DNA of 64,000 bases, taken from positions 384,001 to 448,000 of the forward strand of contig CAVYQE010000011.1 in NCBI GenBank assembly GCA_963770565.1. Direction: 5' to 3'. The position numbers and the translations under genes were made by a program. This stretch comes from an uncultured Actinomycetota bacterium (GTDB lineage: Bacteria > Actinomycetota > Actinomycetes > JAFAQI01). This document shows, one piece after another, positions 9,452 to 19,574 of the stretch. A model generated the notes under the pieces. The model did no database searches. It saw nothing but the letters and a program-made list of their open reading frames with translations, and was not told the origin of the DNA. Positions within the stretch are counted from its first letter, which is position 1. The number at the start of each line of letters is the position of its first letter.

Positions 9452-10914
9452 CGATCGAGGCCGCCAAGGCCGATGCGATCGCAGGCGTGGCTGAGCGGGC
9501 GGCCGATCTCGCGCCGATCGCGAACGCCGATCGCCTGCTCGACCACGGCTCCGCGGAGCTGCGGCGGGTCGCCCTCGACGTGGTCGCGGCCGGGCTGCGG
9601 GCGGCCGACCCCGGGGCCGCGGTCGACCGCACGGTCGAGGTCGACGGGAGCCTGCTGCGGGTAGCGGGCCGGACCTTCGACCTCGATGCCGCGGGCTCGA
9701 TCGTCGTACTCGGTGCGGGCAAGGCGAGCCTGCCGATCGCGGCGGCGTTGGAAGCAAAGCTCGGCGACCGGATCAGCCGCGGACTGGTCGTGCGGCGGGC
9801 GGGCGCCCCCGGCACGCTGGAACGCATCGAGGTGATTGACGCCGATCACCCGGTTCCCAGCGAGGCGAGCGTGGTTGCCGGCCGGCGGCTGGTCGAGATG
9901 GCGGCGACCTGTGCGCCCGGCGATCTGCTGATCACCGCGTTCACCGGTGGCTCCTCCGCGCTGGCGTGCCTGCCGCCGGACGGCGTCTCGTTCGAGGCTA
10001 AGCAGGCACTGCACTCGTTGCTGCTCGACTGCGGCGCGTCGATTGCCGAGATCAACGCGGTCCGCAAGCACGTCTCGGCGCTCAAAGGCGGCCGGCTGGC
10101 GATGGTGGCTCGCGGTGCCAGCATCATCAACCTCACACTGTCTGACGTGGTGGGCGATGCGGTCGATCTCTTGTGCGACGTCGTGGTGCAGGACAGCACC
10201 GATCCGGCCGACGCCATCGCCGTGCTCAACCGCTACGGGCTGTGGGACTCCGTCGACCCGCAGATCCGGCACCACCTCACGAGTGACGCGGCAGCCTCGC
10301 CCTCGCTGGCGGATCGCGACATCACGACGTGCGTGCTGGTCACCGGATCGACGGTCGTCGAACGGATGGCGGACCGGGTGCGGGCGATCGGCCGGACCCC
10401 GGTGGTGCTCGGGTCGGCGCTGGCCGGCGACGCGGTCTGCCTCGGCGGGTTGCTCGGGGCCCTCGCCTGTGAGTCGTCGACCCTCGGCCGCCCGTTCCCG
10501 CCGGGCTCGGTGCTTGTCGCGGCCGGTGGTGAGGCCACCGTCTCGATCCACCGCGGGGCGGGTGTCGCGGTCGGACGCGGTGGCCCGAACCAGGAGGAGG
10601 CGATTGCCTTCGCCAAGGCGATCGGCGGCGGCCATGTGCAGGCATCCGGGGTGTTCGTCGACAGCGACGGGTCCGACGGCGGCACGGATGCGGCCGGCGG
10701 CTGTGTCGACGGCGGCACCGTGAGCCGGGCGGCAGAGCTCGGCGTGGATCTTGACTCCGGGATCGCGGCCCACGACTCATCGGCGCTGCTTCAGCAGCTC
10801 GGCGACCTGGTGGTGACCGGACCGACCGGCACGAACATCTCCGACCTGTTGGCGATCGCGATCGACGGAGTCGTCGAGCCGGTGCCCGGCGACTCCGGGG
10901 CGGGCCCGGCATGA
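9448..10914 (+). CDS. Glycerate 2-kinase family (DUF4147 + MOFRL; GckA/TtuD-like)
   Basis: GAGKA, HPVP, TGGSSAL, EINAVRKHVSALKGGRL, SDVVGD, GGEATV, GRGGPNQE, DSDGSDG, TGPTGTN; GTG 9448 overlaps the eno stop. Confidence 0.9.
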   Translation: MTIEAAKADAIAGVAERAADLAPIANADRLLDHGSAELRRVALDVVAAGLRAADPGAAVDRTVEVDGSLLRVAGRTFDLDAAGSIVVLGAGKASLPIAAALEAKLGDRISRGLVVRRAGAPGTLERIEVIDADHPVPSEASVVAGRRLVEMAATCAPGDLLITAFTGGSSALACLPPDGVSFEAKQALHSLLLDCGASIAEINAVRKHVSALKGGRLAMVARGASIINLTLSDVVGDAVDLLCDVVVQDSTDPADAIAVLNRYGLWDSVDPQIRHHLTSDAAASPSLADRDITTCVLVTGSTVVERMADRVRAIGRTPVVLGSALAGDAVCLGGLLGALACESSTLGRPFPPGSVLVAAGGEATVSIHRGAGVAVGRGGPNQEEAIAFAKAIGGGHVQASGVFVDSDGSDGGTDAAGGCVDGGTVSRAAELGVDLDSGIAAHDSSALLQQLGDLVVTGPTGTNISDLLAIAIDGVVEPVPGDSGAGPA

Positions 10915-12530
10915 CCCGGCACGACGTCGTCATCGTCGGCGGCGGCCACAACGGTCTGGTCGCGGCGTTCTACCTGGCTCGGGCCGGCTTGAAGCCGCTG
11001 GTGCTGGAGCGCCGGCCGTTCGTCGGGGGCGCCTGCGTGACCGAGGAGTTCGCGCCCGGGTACCGCGCGTCGACCGGCGCCTATGTTCTCGCGATGCTGA
11101 GGCCGGCGATCTGGCGCGACCTCGAGCTCGACCGGCGCGGGATCGTGGTCAGCCCGGCCGGCCCGTCGCTCAACCTGCTGCCGGACGGTACGTCGCTCCT
11201 GCTCGGCGATGATCCGAACGAGGCGATGGACGCGGTCCGGCACCACTCGGCGCGGGACGCGGTTGCGCTCGGCCGATTCGAGACCGAGCTCGGCCAGCTC
11301 GCCCAGGTGTTGTTGCCGACGATCGACATGGCCGCGCCGGATCCGTCGATGCACCATCTGCGCGACTGGCTGACCGCAGGCCAGATCGCGCGGACCGGGC
11401 TGAAGCAGCGCAAGCAGATCGCCGGCACCCTGCGGTTGCTGGTGGCGTCGGCCGGCGACTACCTCGCGGAGCGGTTCGAGAGCGAAATCGTGAAGGTCGC
11501 ACTTGGTTGGCACGCGATCAACGACAGCCTGGTGGGGCCCTCGAGCCCGGGCACCGGCTACGTGCTCTTGCACGACCACGCATCCGGCGACCCGGACGGC
11601 GGGATCCGGCAGTGGGGCTTCGTCAACGGCGGCATGGGCCGGGTGACCGCGGTGATGGCCGAGGCCGCGATCGAGGCAGGTGCCACGATCCGCACCGACG
11701 CGGAGGTGGCGTCGATCCGCGTCGGCGGCGATCGCGCCACCGGCGTCGTGCTCGTGGGCGGTGAGGAGATCGACTGCGACCTGGTGCTGTCGAACGCCGA
11801 CCCGAAGCGCACCTTCCTCTCGCTGTGCGAGAAGGTCGCCCTGCCTGACGACTTCGTCGCGTCGATGCAGACGTTTCGCTGCGAAGGCACCAGCATCAAG
11901 ATCAACCTCGGCCTCGCGGAGCTGCCGCGGGTGCGCGACGACCGGTCGGGCGATGCGCAGGACTATCACCGCGGAATTCTCGAGATCGGCCCGCCGCTCG
12001 GTGACCTCGACGTCCAGCAGGCGCACGCCCGCCGCGGTACTCCAGGGACCGGCACCCACATCGAGGTCTGTTTCCCCACCGTCCACGACCCCTCGCTCGC
12101 GCCCGAGGGCCGCCACATCGCGACCATCGACGTCAACTCGCAGCCCTACACGCTGGCCGAAGGCGGATGGGACGACATCAAGGAGCAGGTTGCGGACCGG
12201 GTGATCGGCGAGTTGGGTGAGCTGATGCCCAACCTGCCCGGCGCGGTGGTCGCCCGCCAGGTGCTCAGCCCGCTCGACCTCGAGCGGGTGCTCGGGATGA
12301 CCGGTGGGCACGCCCTGCACGGCGACATGACCCTGGACCAGCTGTTCATCTTCCGCCCGACGCTGCATTACTCCGACTACCGCACTCCGGTCGAAGGCTT
12401 GTATCTGTGCGGCGCAGGAACTCATCCCGGTGGTGGTGTGACCGGCGCCAACGGGCGCAACTGCGCGGCCGCAGTGATCTCCGATCGACGCCGGGGTCGG
12501 CGCCGGTGGTCCGGCCGGTCGGCATCATGA
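10911..12530 (+). CDS. FAD-dependent oxidoreductase, phytoene-dehydrogenase-like (COG1233 type)
   Basis: VIVGGGHNGLVAAFYLARAG, GGMG, SNADPKRT, DPSLAPEG, GLYLCGAGTHPGGGVTGANG. Confidence 0.88.
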   Translation: MTRHDVVIVGGGHNGLVAAFYLARAGLKPLVLERRPFVGGACVTEEFAPGYRASTGAYVLAMLRPAIWRDLELDRRGIVVSPAGPSLNLLPDGTSLLLGDDPNEAMDAVRHHSARDAVALGRFETELGQLAQVLLPTIDMAAPDPSMHHLRDWLTAGQIARTGLKQRKQIAGTLRLLVASAGDYLAERFESEIVKVALGWHAINDSLVGPSSPGTGYVLLHDHASGDPDGGIRQWGFVNGGMGRVTAVMAEAAIEAGATIRTDAEVASIRVGGDRATGVVLVGGEEIDCDLVLSNADPKRTFLSLCEKVALPDDFVASMQTFRCEGTSIKINLGLAELPRVRDDRSGDAQDYHRGILEIGPPLGDLDVQQAHARRGTPGTGTHIEVCFPTVHDPSLAPEGRHIATIDVNSQPYTLAEGGWDDIKEQVADRVIGELGELMPNLPGAVVARQVLSPLDLERVLGMTGGHALHGDMTLDQLFIFRPTLHYSDYRTPVEGLYLCGAGTHPGGGVTGANGRNCAAAVISDRRRGRRRWSGRSAS

Positions 12531-13912
12531 CGGCCGGGGGCTTCGATGGCCGACCGGTGCCCGATCTCGTGACGGCATTGCCCGGCCCGAAGAGCCAGGC
12601 GATCCGGGCGCGTGAGCGCGCCGTGCTCTATCGCGGCACCGGTGAGCATCTCGCGCCGGTCGTCATGGCCCGCAAGTCCGGCTACGTGATCGAGGACGTC
12701 GACGGCAACCTGTTGCTCGACATGGCGAGTGCCTCGGCGTCAGTGCCGCTTGGCGCGTCCCCGCCGCGGATGGTCGAGGCCGCGTCGGCGGCACTCGCGC
12801 GGTTCGGCAACGAAGACACCCATGCGTTCACCAGCGAGTACGTCGCGCCGCTCGCCGAGCGCCTGATCGAGTTGTCTCCGCCGCGCTGCACCCGGGTCGA
12901 CATCGCGTTGAACGGCACGGAGGCGATCGAGATCGCGGTGCGGCTGATGCGCCGTGCGACCGGCCGGCCGATCATCATCGGCTTCCTCGGTGGCTATCAC
13001 GGCGAGTCCTCGACGACCGCGTCGCTCGGTGCCGAGGCCGCGGAGATCAGCCGTGGGGTCCGGGGTCTCGTACCCGGCTTCGTGCATGTCCCGTATCCCA
13101 ACCCGTATCGCAACCCCTTCGGCGCACCGCGGCCGGGCGGCTGCGGTGACGCGACCATCGACTATCTGCGCGACTTTCTGCTGTTCCACGCCATCGACCC
13201 GGCCGACGTCGCGGGCGTCATCATCGAGCCGGTGCTCGGATCGGGCGGGGTCGTGGTGCCGCCTCCGACGTTCTTCCCGGCGTTGGCGCAGTTGTGCGAC
13301 GAGCACGAATGGCTGCTGTGCGCCGACGAGGTCAAGAGCGGCTGCGGGCGCACCGGCACCTTCCTCGCGGTCGAGCGGCTCGGAGCCGACCCGGACCTGA
13401 TCTGCCTCGGCAAGGGCCTGGGTGGGGGAGTCATGCCGATCGGCGCGGTGCTCGGCTCCGAGCGCGTGCTCGGCGAGTTCGACGACGTCTCGACCGGGAG
13501 CACGTGGGCCTGGCTGCCGGCCAGCTGCGCGGTCGCACTGGTGATGCTCGAGGAGATCACCAATCCCGGTGTGCTCGAGCACGTCAGGGCGATCGAGGCC
13601 AGGTCGCAAGAGGTCTTCGGCCGGTTGCTCGACCGGTTCGACGCAGTCGGCGACGTACGGTCCGTCGGAGCACTGACCGCGGTGGAGTTCGTCACGGATC
13701 GGGACAGCAAGCAGCGCGACACACAGCTTCAGGATCGAGTCGCGCAGGAGATGTTCAACCGCGGCCTGGTCGCGGACTCGAGCACGACGTCGCTGAACAT
13801 CCAACCGTCGTTGATCACACCGCTGGAGGTGATCGACCAGGCGGCGGACATCGTCGCTGACTCGATCCGAGCGGCGATGGCCCAACCGAGATCCGGGGAT
13901 GCCGAGCGCTAG
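12527..13912 (+). CDS. Class III PLP enzyme (GABA-aminotransferase-like fold, atypical residues)
   Basis: EDVDGN, GTEAIE, YHGE, EPVLGSGG, ADEVKSG.GRTG, LGKGLGGG; ATGA overlap at 12527. Confidence 0.88.
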   Translation: MTAGGFDGRPVPDLVTALPGPKSQAIRARERAVLYRGTGEHLAPVVMARKSGYVIEDVDGNLLLDMASASASVPLGASPPRMVEAASAALARFGNEDTHAFTSEYVAPLAERLIELSPPRCTRVDIALNGTEAIEIAVRLMRRATGRPIIIGFLGGYHGESSTTASLGAEAAEISRGVRGLVPGFVHVPYPNPYRNPFGAPRPGGCGDATIDYLRDFLLFHAIDPADVAGVIIEPVLGSGGVVVPPPTFFPALAQLCDEHEWLLCADEVKSGCGRTGTFLAVERLGADPDLICLGKGLGGGVMPIGAVLGSERVLGEFDDVSTGSTWAWLPASCAVALVMLEEITNPGVLEHVRAIEARSQEVFGRLLDRFDAVGDVRSVGALTAVEFVTDRDSKQRDTQLQDRVAQEMFNRGLVADSSTTSLNIQPSLITPLEVIDQAADIVADSIRAAMAQPRSGDAER

Positions 13913-13927
13913 GAAGGGAGTCGGCCC

Positions 13928-14893
13928 ATGAACTGGACCGAGTACCTCGTCAAACGGGTGGCGTTCACCATCGTGACGATCTTCGTCGCGATCTCGTTGA
14001 ACTTCCTGCTGTTCCGCGTGCTGCCAGGCACTGCGGTCACCAACCTGGCCCGCATCCCCAACGCCTCGCTCGCACTCAAGCGGCACCTGCGCGCCGAGTT
14101 CGGCCTGAACCTCTCACTGCGCGCGCAGTACTGGGACTACCTCAAGCAGCTCGCGCACGGCAACCTCGGCGTTTCGTTCGCCAACCAGCAGCCGGTCTCG
14201 ACGAACCTGAAGAACGCGCTCTACAACACGCTCCCGGTGGTCACGATCGCGACCGTGCTTTCACTGATCGTGGGCATCGGCACCGGCGTGCTCTCCGCGT
14301 GGCGGCGCGGTTCGTTGACCGACCAAATCAGCACCAACACTGCGATCGTGCTCTATGCCTTGCCGACCCAGTGGATCGCCCTCGTGCTGCTGATCGCCTT
14401 CTCGAAGTACCTCCCGACCGCCGGCACGTCCAACCCGTTCGCGGTCGTGTCGCCGCCGTTCTGGCAACACCTCGATGACGTGCTTGCGCACATGATCCTT
14501 CCGGCCATCACGCTGGTCCTCACCCTGTACGGCGGCAATACGCTCATCGTCCGGTCGGCCTTGCTCGAGACGCTCGGCGAGGACTACATGCTGACGGCGC
14601 GGGCGAAGGGAATCGGGCGCGGCCGAATGATGTGGTCACACGCCCTGCGTAACGCGATGTTGCCGATCACCACGCTGGTCACGCTGTCGCTGGGCTCGAT
14701 CGTCGCCGGCGCGATCCTGATGGAAGTGGTGTTCTCCTGGCCGGGGATCGGCTCCGCGCTCTACCAGGCCGTTCAGCAACGGGACTACCCGATGCTGCAG
14801 GGCGGCTTCCTGATCTTCACGGTCTCGGTGGTGCTGTTCAACCTCATCGCCGATCTTCTGTACTTCCGGCTCGACCCGAGGATCTCGCAGTGA
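13928..14893 (+). CDS. Opp/Dpp-type ABC transporter permease (B subunit)
   Basis: EAA loop EDYMLTARAKG, HALRNA, EVVFSWPGIG, RDYPMLQG; RBS GGGAG upstream. Confidence 0.93.
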   Translation: MNWTEYLVKRVAFTIVTIFVAISLNFLLFRVLPGTAVTNLARIPNASLALKRHLRAEFGLNLSLRAQYWDYLKQLAHGNLGVSFANQQPVSTNLKNALYNTLPVVTIATVLSLIVGIGTGVLSAWRRGSLTDQISTNTAIVLYALPTQWIALVLLIAFSKYLPTAGTSNPFAVVSPPFWQHLDDVLAHMILPAITLVLTLYGGNTLIVRSALLETLGEDYMLTARAKGIGRGRMMWSHALRNAMLPITTLVTLSLGSIVAGAILMEVVFSWPGIGSALYQAVQQRDYPMLQGGFLIFTVSVVLFNLIADLLYFRLDPRISQ

Positions 14894-15852
14894 CGAGCGT
14901 CGCGGTTGCCCCCACTCCGGTGGTGCCGCCCCGCCAGTCGAGCCTGCGGCGCGGTTGGCACAGCTTCGTGTCCCTTCTGCGGCAGCGGCCATCGGCGGCG
15001 GTCGGCCTGGGAATCCTGCTGTTCTTCGTGATCATCGCGCTGATCGCACCGTGGATCGCGCCGCACTCGACCCAGGCCGCTAGCGGCCCGGTGTACGCCG
15101 GCCCATCAGCCCATCACTGGTTCGGCACCGACGACGGCGGCGTCGACGTACTGAGCCTGGTGCTCGTCGGCGGGCGGGTCTCGCTCGTCGTCGGCGCGGC
15201 TGCCACCGGTGTCGCGATGGGTGTCGGCGGGCTGATTGGGATCCTGTCCGGCTACTTCGGTGGCTGGATCGACATGTTGCTGATGCGGATCACGGACTAC
15301 TTCCTCGTCGTACCCGACTTGGTCCTGATGATCGTGGTCGCGACTTTGTGGGGTCCGAGCCTGTCGCACGTGATCCTGGTGATCGGCCTGCTGCTGTGGA
15401 CTTCGACCGCCCGCATCGTGCGCGCGGAGGTGAAGAGCGTGCGGGAGCGGGTGTACGTGCGCCGGGCGCGCACGATGGGTGCGGGACACCTGACCACCGT
15501 CTTCCGGCACGTGCTGCCGCAGATCGCGCCGTTGCTCATCGCGAATACGGTGCTCAGTGTCGCGATCGCGATCTTCGACGAGACCTCGCTGGACTTCCTT
15601 GGCCTCGGCGACCCCAACGGCACGAGCTGGGGCATCATCCTCGAGCACGCGAACGACCGGACCGCGGTGAGCTACGGAGCCTGGTGGACGGTCGTCCCGC
15701 CGGGCGTGTGCATCGCCGCGGTCATTGTCGGTTGCTACCTGCTCGGCCAGGCCCTCGAGGATGCCCTGAACCCGAGGTTGCGGATCTCGCACTTCGCGTT
15801 TCGCAGCTGGCGGTTGCGACCACTCGTCGGGCGCGGGAAGGACGCGCTATGA
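14890..15852 (+). CDS. Opp/Dpp-type ABC transporter permease (C subunit)
   Basis: HWFGTD..G.DV, RVSL.VG, RHVLPQ, LDFLGLG, SWG, ALEDALNPR. Confidence 0.93.
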   Translation: MTSVAVAPTPVVPPRQSSLRRGWHSFVSLLRQRPSAAVGLGILLFFVIIALIAPWIAPHSTQAASGPVYAGPSAHHWFGTDDGGVDVLSLVLVGGRVSLVVGAAATGVAMGVGGLIGILSGYFGGWIDMLLMRITDYFLVVPDLVLMIVVATLWGPSLSHVILVIGLLLWTSTARIVRAEVKSVRERVYVRRARTMGAGHLTTVFRHVLPQIAPLLIANTVLSVAIAIFDETSLDFLGLGDPNGTSWGIILEHANDRTAVSYGAWWTVVPPGVCIAAVIVGCYLLGQALEDALNPRLRISHFAFRSWRLRPLVGRGKDAL

Positions 15853-17888
15853 GCCTGCTCGAGGTGGATGGGCTGGAGGTCTTCTTCGACCTTCCGGACG
15901 GCGAGCTGCACGCGGTGCAGGGCGTCGATCTTCGTCTGGATGCCGGCGAGCGGCTGGCGATCGTGGGGGAGTCCGGATCCGGCAAGACGACCACCGTGCT
16001 CGCACTGATGGGACTGCTCCCGCCGACCGCATCGATCTGTGGCACGGTTCGGCTGAACGGTCGCGACCTGCTCTCCGGTGGAGAGCGCGGCACCGACGAC
16101 TGGCGCTGGCGTGACATCGCGACCGTCTTCCAGGGCGCGATGAACGCGCTCAACCCGGTGCGCAGTGTCGGCTGGCAGATCACCGAGCCGATGCGGGTGC
16201 ACGACACCGCGACCGGCACCGCGGCCCGGGACCGAACCCGCGAGCTGTTGTCCCTGGTCGGCCTGCCACCCGCGATCGAGCAGGCATTCCCGCACCAGCT
16301 CTCGGGCGGGATGCGGCAGCGGGCCGCGATCGCGATGGCGCTCGCCTGCGAGCCGAAGGTGCTGCTCGCCGACGAGCCGACGACGGCACTCGACGTCGTG
16401 GTTCAAGCCGGCATCCTCGATCTGCTGGGGCGGCTCAGTGAGGAGCTCGACCTCGCCCTCGTGTTGGTTACGCACGACCTCGCGGCCGCGGCGGCTACCT
16501 GCGGTCGACTGGCGGTCATGTACGCCGGCCGGCTGGTCGAGTCCGGGCCGGTCAGCTCGATCGCCGGTGCGCCGGAGCACCCGTACACCCGCCAGCTGTT
16601 CGCTGCGATCCCAGACCTCTTCGACCGCCACTCGGTCCACGCGATTCCCGGTGCTCCGCCCCGGCTCGACCAGCTGATCGAAGGATGTGCGTTCGCGCCT
16701 CGGTGCGACGTACGGATCGAGCGCTGCAGTCACGAGCTGCCGCCGCTGGTCCAGATCGGCGAGAGCTGGCAGGCCGCATGCTTGCTGTCCCGACCCGGTG
16801 CGGGTGGTGGTCCGGCCGCCCCGGTTGCGTCGGCGGCGCCCGCCGACGCCCCGCTCGAACGAGCGGATGGAGTGCTGCAGACGGACGATGTCGCGTTGGC
16901 CCTGGACGAGGTCTTCGTCACCTTCCCGCGCCGCCGTCGGATGGTCGACCTGGTCCGCGGCCGCCCGCGCGCGATCGTGCGAGCGGTCGACGGGTTGTCA
17001 CTGTCGATCGAGCCGGGGGAGATGGTTGCTCTCGTCGGCGAGTCGGGGTCGGGCAAGACCTCGACCGCGCACGCCATCGTCGGCAATGTGTCGACGAGCG
17101 GTGGGCACGTAGTGGTATCCGGCGTCGACCTCGGGACCATGGACCGCAAGGCCCGGCGCCGGTTGCGCCAGCACGTCCAGCTCGTCTACCAGGATCCGTA
17201 CGAGTCGCTCGACCCGCGGATGCGGGTGCGGTCGATCCTGGATGAGCCGTTGCGGGTTAACCACATCGGACGCAACCGCAAGGAGCGGCAGCGGCTCGCT
17301 GCCGAGGCGTTGACCCAGGTCGGTATGGATCCGCCGGAGCTCTTTCTCGACCGCTTCCCGCACGAGCTGTCCGGGGGTCAGCGGCAACGGGTGGCGATCG
17401 CAGCCGCGCTCGTGATGAACCCGACCATCCTGGTCGCCGACGAGCCGGTCTCGATGCTCGACGTGTCGGTCCGGGCCGAGGTGCTGGAGGTGCTCGACGC
17501 ACTGCGCCGGACGAAGTCGGTCGCGATCATCATGATCACCCACGACCTGTCCACCGCGGCGCACTACGCCGACCGGATCGCGGTGATGTATCTCGGCCGG
17601 ATTGTCGAGCAGGGTCCGGCCACCCAGGTGGTCGCCGCTCCCGGCCATCCTTACACCCGCGCCCTGGTGGCTGCGGTGCCGGTCGCTCACACGCAGCGGC
17701 GACCGACGAGCGTGCTGACGGGCGAGATTCCGGACGCGGCCGCGATCCCCGCCGGCTGCCGTTTCGAGCCGCGGTGCCCGATCGCCGTGCCTGAGTGCCG
17801 CGAGATCGACCCCGCGTTCGTGCTGGTCGGCGCTGCGCACACCGCGGCGTGTATCCGGGCCGAGATCGCGGCGGGAGTGAGCTCATGA
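15849..17888 (+). CDS. Fused double ABC ATPase (OppD-OppF type)
   Basis: Two GESGSGKT Walker A, LSGGMRQR / LSGGQRQR, two DEP Walker B, two HPYT and C-terminal Cys motifs. Confidence 0.93.
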   Translation: MSLLEVDGLEVFFDLPDGELHAVQGVDLRLDAGERLAIVGESGSGKTTTVLALMGLLPPTASICGTVRLNGRDLLSGGERGTDDWRWRDIATVFQGAMNALNPVRSVGWQITEPMRVHDTATGTAARDRTRELLSLVGLPPAIEQAFPHQLSGGMRQRAAIAMALACEPKVLLADEPTTALDVVVQAGILDLLGRLSEELDLALVLVTHDLAAAAATCGRLAVMYAGRLVESGPVSSIAGAPEHPYTRQLFAAIPDLFDRHSVHAIPGAPPRLDQLIEGCAFAPRCDVRIERCSHELPPLVQIGESWQAACLLSRPGAGGGPAAPVASAAPADAPLERADGVLQTDDVALALDEVFVTFPRRRRMVDLVRGRPRAIVRAVDGLSLSIEPGEMVALVGESGSGKTSTAHAIVGNVSTSGGHVVVSGVDLGTMDRKARRRLRQHVQLVYQDPYESLDPRMRVRSILDEPLRVNHIGRNRKERQRLAAEALTQVGMDPPELFLDRFPHELSGGQRQRVAIAAALVMNPTILVADEPVSMLDVSVRAEVLEVLDALRRTKSVAIIMITHDLSTAAHYADRIAVMYLGRIVEQGPATQVVAAPGHPYTRALVAAVPVAHTQRRPTSVLTGEIPDAAAIPAGCRFEPRCPIAVPECREIDPAFVLVGAAHTAACIRAEIAAGVSS

Positions 17889-19561
17889 GAGCGCGCCGGC
17901 TGGTGATGGCGACGATGCTGGCCGCGGTCGTGCTCACCGGCTGCGATCGCAGCTTCCCGCTGAACGATCCCGGCGTACCGGGGCCGGGTGGCTTCCTGCG
18001 GATCGGCACGATCTCGATCATCAACACGATGAACCCGTGGATCACCGACGACCAGCTCGCGCTGAGCACGCAGAGCGACATCTATCCGCGGATCCTCCAG
18101 TACAACCTCAAGACGCTGGACTTCGAGCCTGACTTCGCGTTGAAGTGGGTGCTGTCGAACCACGGTCGCACCTGGACCTTCACCACGCGGGCCGGCGCGG
18201 AGTGGTCGGACGGTCAACCGCTGACCGCGCAGGACGTCGCCTGGACGATCGCCACGATGGTCCGGCTGCACAAGGGGCCGGCCGCGCTGTGGGCGAGTGC
18301 GGTGGCGGGCGTGGTCAGCGCGACCGCACCGAACCCGACAACGGTCGTCGTGACCTACCGCAAGCCAGAAGGCGATGCGCTGTCGAACCTCGAGCAGATC
18401 CCGGTGCTGCCGGAGCACGTGTGGGCGAAGTACGCCGCGGGCAATGGCAAGGCACTTCGCAGCCAGCCGAACACACCGTCCGCCGGTCATCCGGTCGTGT
18501 CGGGCGGACCGTTCATGTTCGTCAAGTACACCTACAACGAGGCGATCGTCTTCGCCCGCAACCCGCACTACTACGGCCCGCCCGCGCACATCGCGGGCTT
18601 CGGCGTCGAGCTGTTCTCCAACGACGACGCACTGGTCGCTGCCATGCGGGCCGGCGAGGTCGATGCGGCGACTGGTGACCCCAACCTGCCGCCGACCGAC
18701 GTACGCCCGCTGAAGTCAGGCGGGTTCAAGATCCTGGCCGAGCCGGCGGTTGCCTACAACGACCTCATCATCAACACCAACCCGAAGAAGGTCGCTCATC
18801 GCGAGCTGCTGAACCCCAATGTCCGCAAGGCTTTTGAGTACGCGATCGACCGCAACACGATTGATCGAGTGGCCTTCCTCGGCTACGCCCAGCCGGCCCA
18901 GTCGATCGTGCCGCCGGCGACGGGCAAGTGGTACGACCCGGCGGTCAAGCCGCTCCCGTACGACTTGTCCAAGGCCAACGCGCTGCTCGACGCGGCCGGC
19001 TACAAGCGGGGACCGGGCGGGATCCGGATCGCCGACGGTCATCAGATGTCTTACACCGTCTACGTCTCGACCGACAACGGCGGCGAAGGTGTGCGCAGCG
19101 GCGAGATCATGACTACCGACTTCCGCAAGATCGGCGTCAAGCTCACGTTCCGGCTCACCGACGACGACGCGCTCAACTCGGATATCTTCGCCGACCACTA
19201 TCGGAAGTACGACATGGCGATGTGGGGCTGGGACACGTTCATCGACCCGACGTACATCCTCAACGTGCTGACTTGCTCGCAGTGGTACGACAACAGCGAC
19301 TCGGGCTACTGCAATCCGACGTACGACAAGCTCTACAAGGAGCAAGGGGCGACGACGAACGTCGTCAAGCGGCGCCAGCTGGTCTATCGCATGCAGGAGA
19401 TCCTTGCGAACGCGCGGCCCTACATCATCCTGCAGGACTTGGATGTGCTGGAGGCCTGGAATCCGCGCTGGACCGACATCGTCGAGTCACCGGATGGATG
19501 GTTCAACCAGTTCTCCTCCGACGGCCAGACCTCGATCCGCCTGGCGCCCGGCGCGGGCTGA
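17885..19561 (+). CDS. ABC substrate-binding lipoprotein, family 5
   Basis: Lipobox VVLTG-C after MRARR..., WSDGQPLTAQDV, GPF, VRKAFEYAIDR, ANALLDAAGY. Confidence 0.9.
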   Translation: MRARRLVMATMLAAVVLTGCDRSFPLNDPGVPGPGGFLRIGTISIINTMNPWITDDQLALSTQSDIYPRILQYNLKTLDFEPDFALKWVLSNHGRTWTFTTRAGAEWSDGQPLTAQDVAWTIATMVRLHKGPAALWASAVAGVVSATAPNPTTVVVTYRKPEGDALSNLEQIPVLPEHVWAKYAAGNGKALRSQPNTPSAGHPVVSGGPFMFVKYTYNEAIVFARNPHYYGPPAHIAGFGVELFSNDDALVAAMRAGEVDAATGDPNLPPTDVRPLKSGGFKILAEPAVAYNDLIINTNPKKVAHRELLNPNVRKAFEYAIDRNTIDRVAFLGYAQPAQSIVPPATGKWYDPAVKPLPYDLSKANALLDAAGYKRGPGGIRIADGHQMSYTVYVSTDNGGEGVRSGEIMTTDFRKIGVKLTFRLTDDDALNSDIFADHYRKYDMAMWGWDTFIDPTYILNVLTCSQWYDNSDSGYCNPTYDKLYKEQGATTNVVKRRQLVYRMQEILANARPYIILQDLDVLEAWNPRWTDIVESPDGWFNQFSSDGQTSIRLAPGAG

Positions 19562-19574
19562 GCCGGCCGCAAAC

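Noticed and set aside
10911-12530. Carotenoid desaturase crtI
   Set aside because: No crtB or crtE nearby, and the sequence fits the broader COG1233 group found with amine-catabolic genes.
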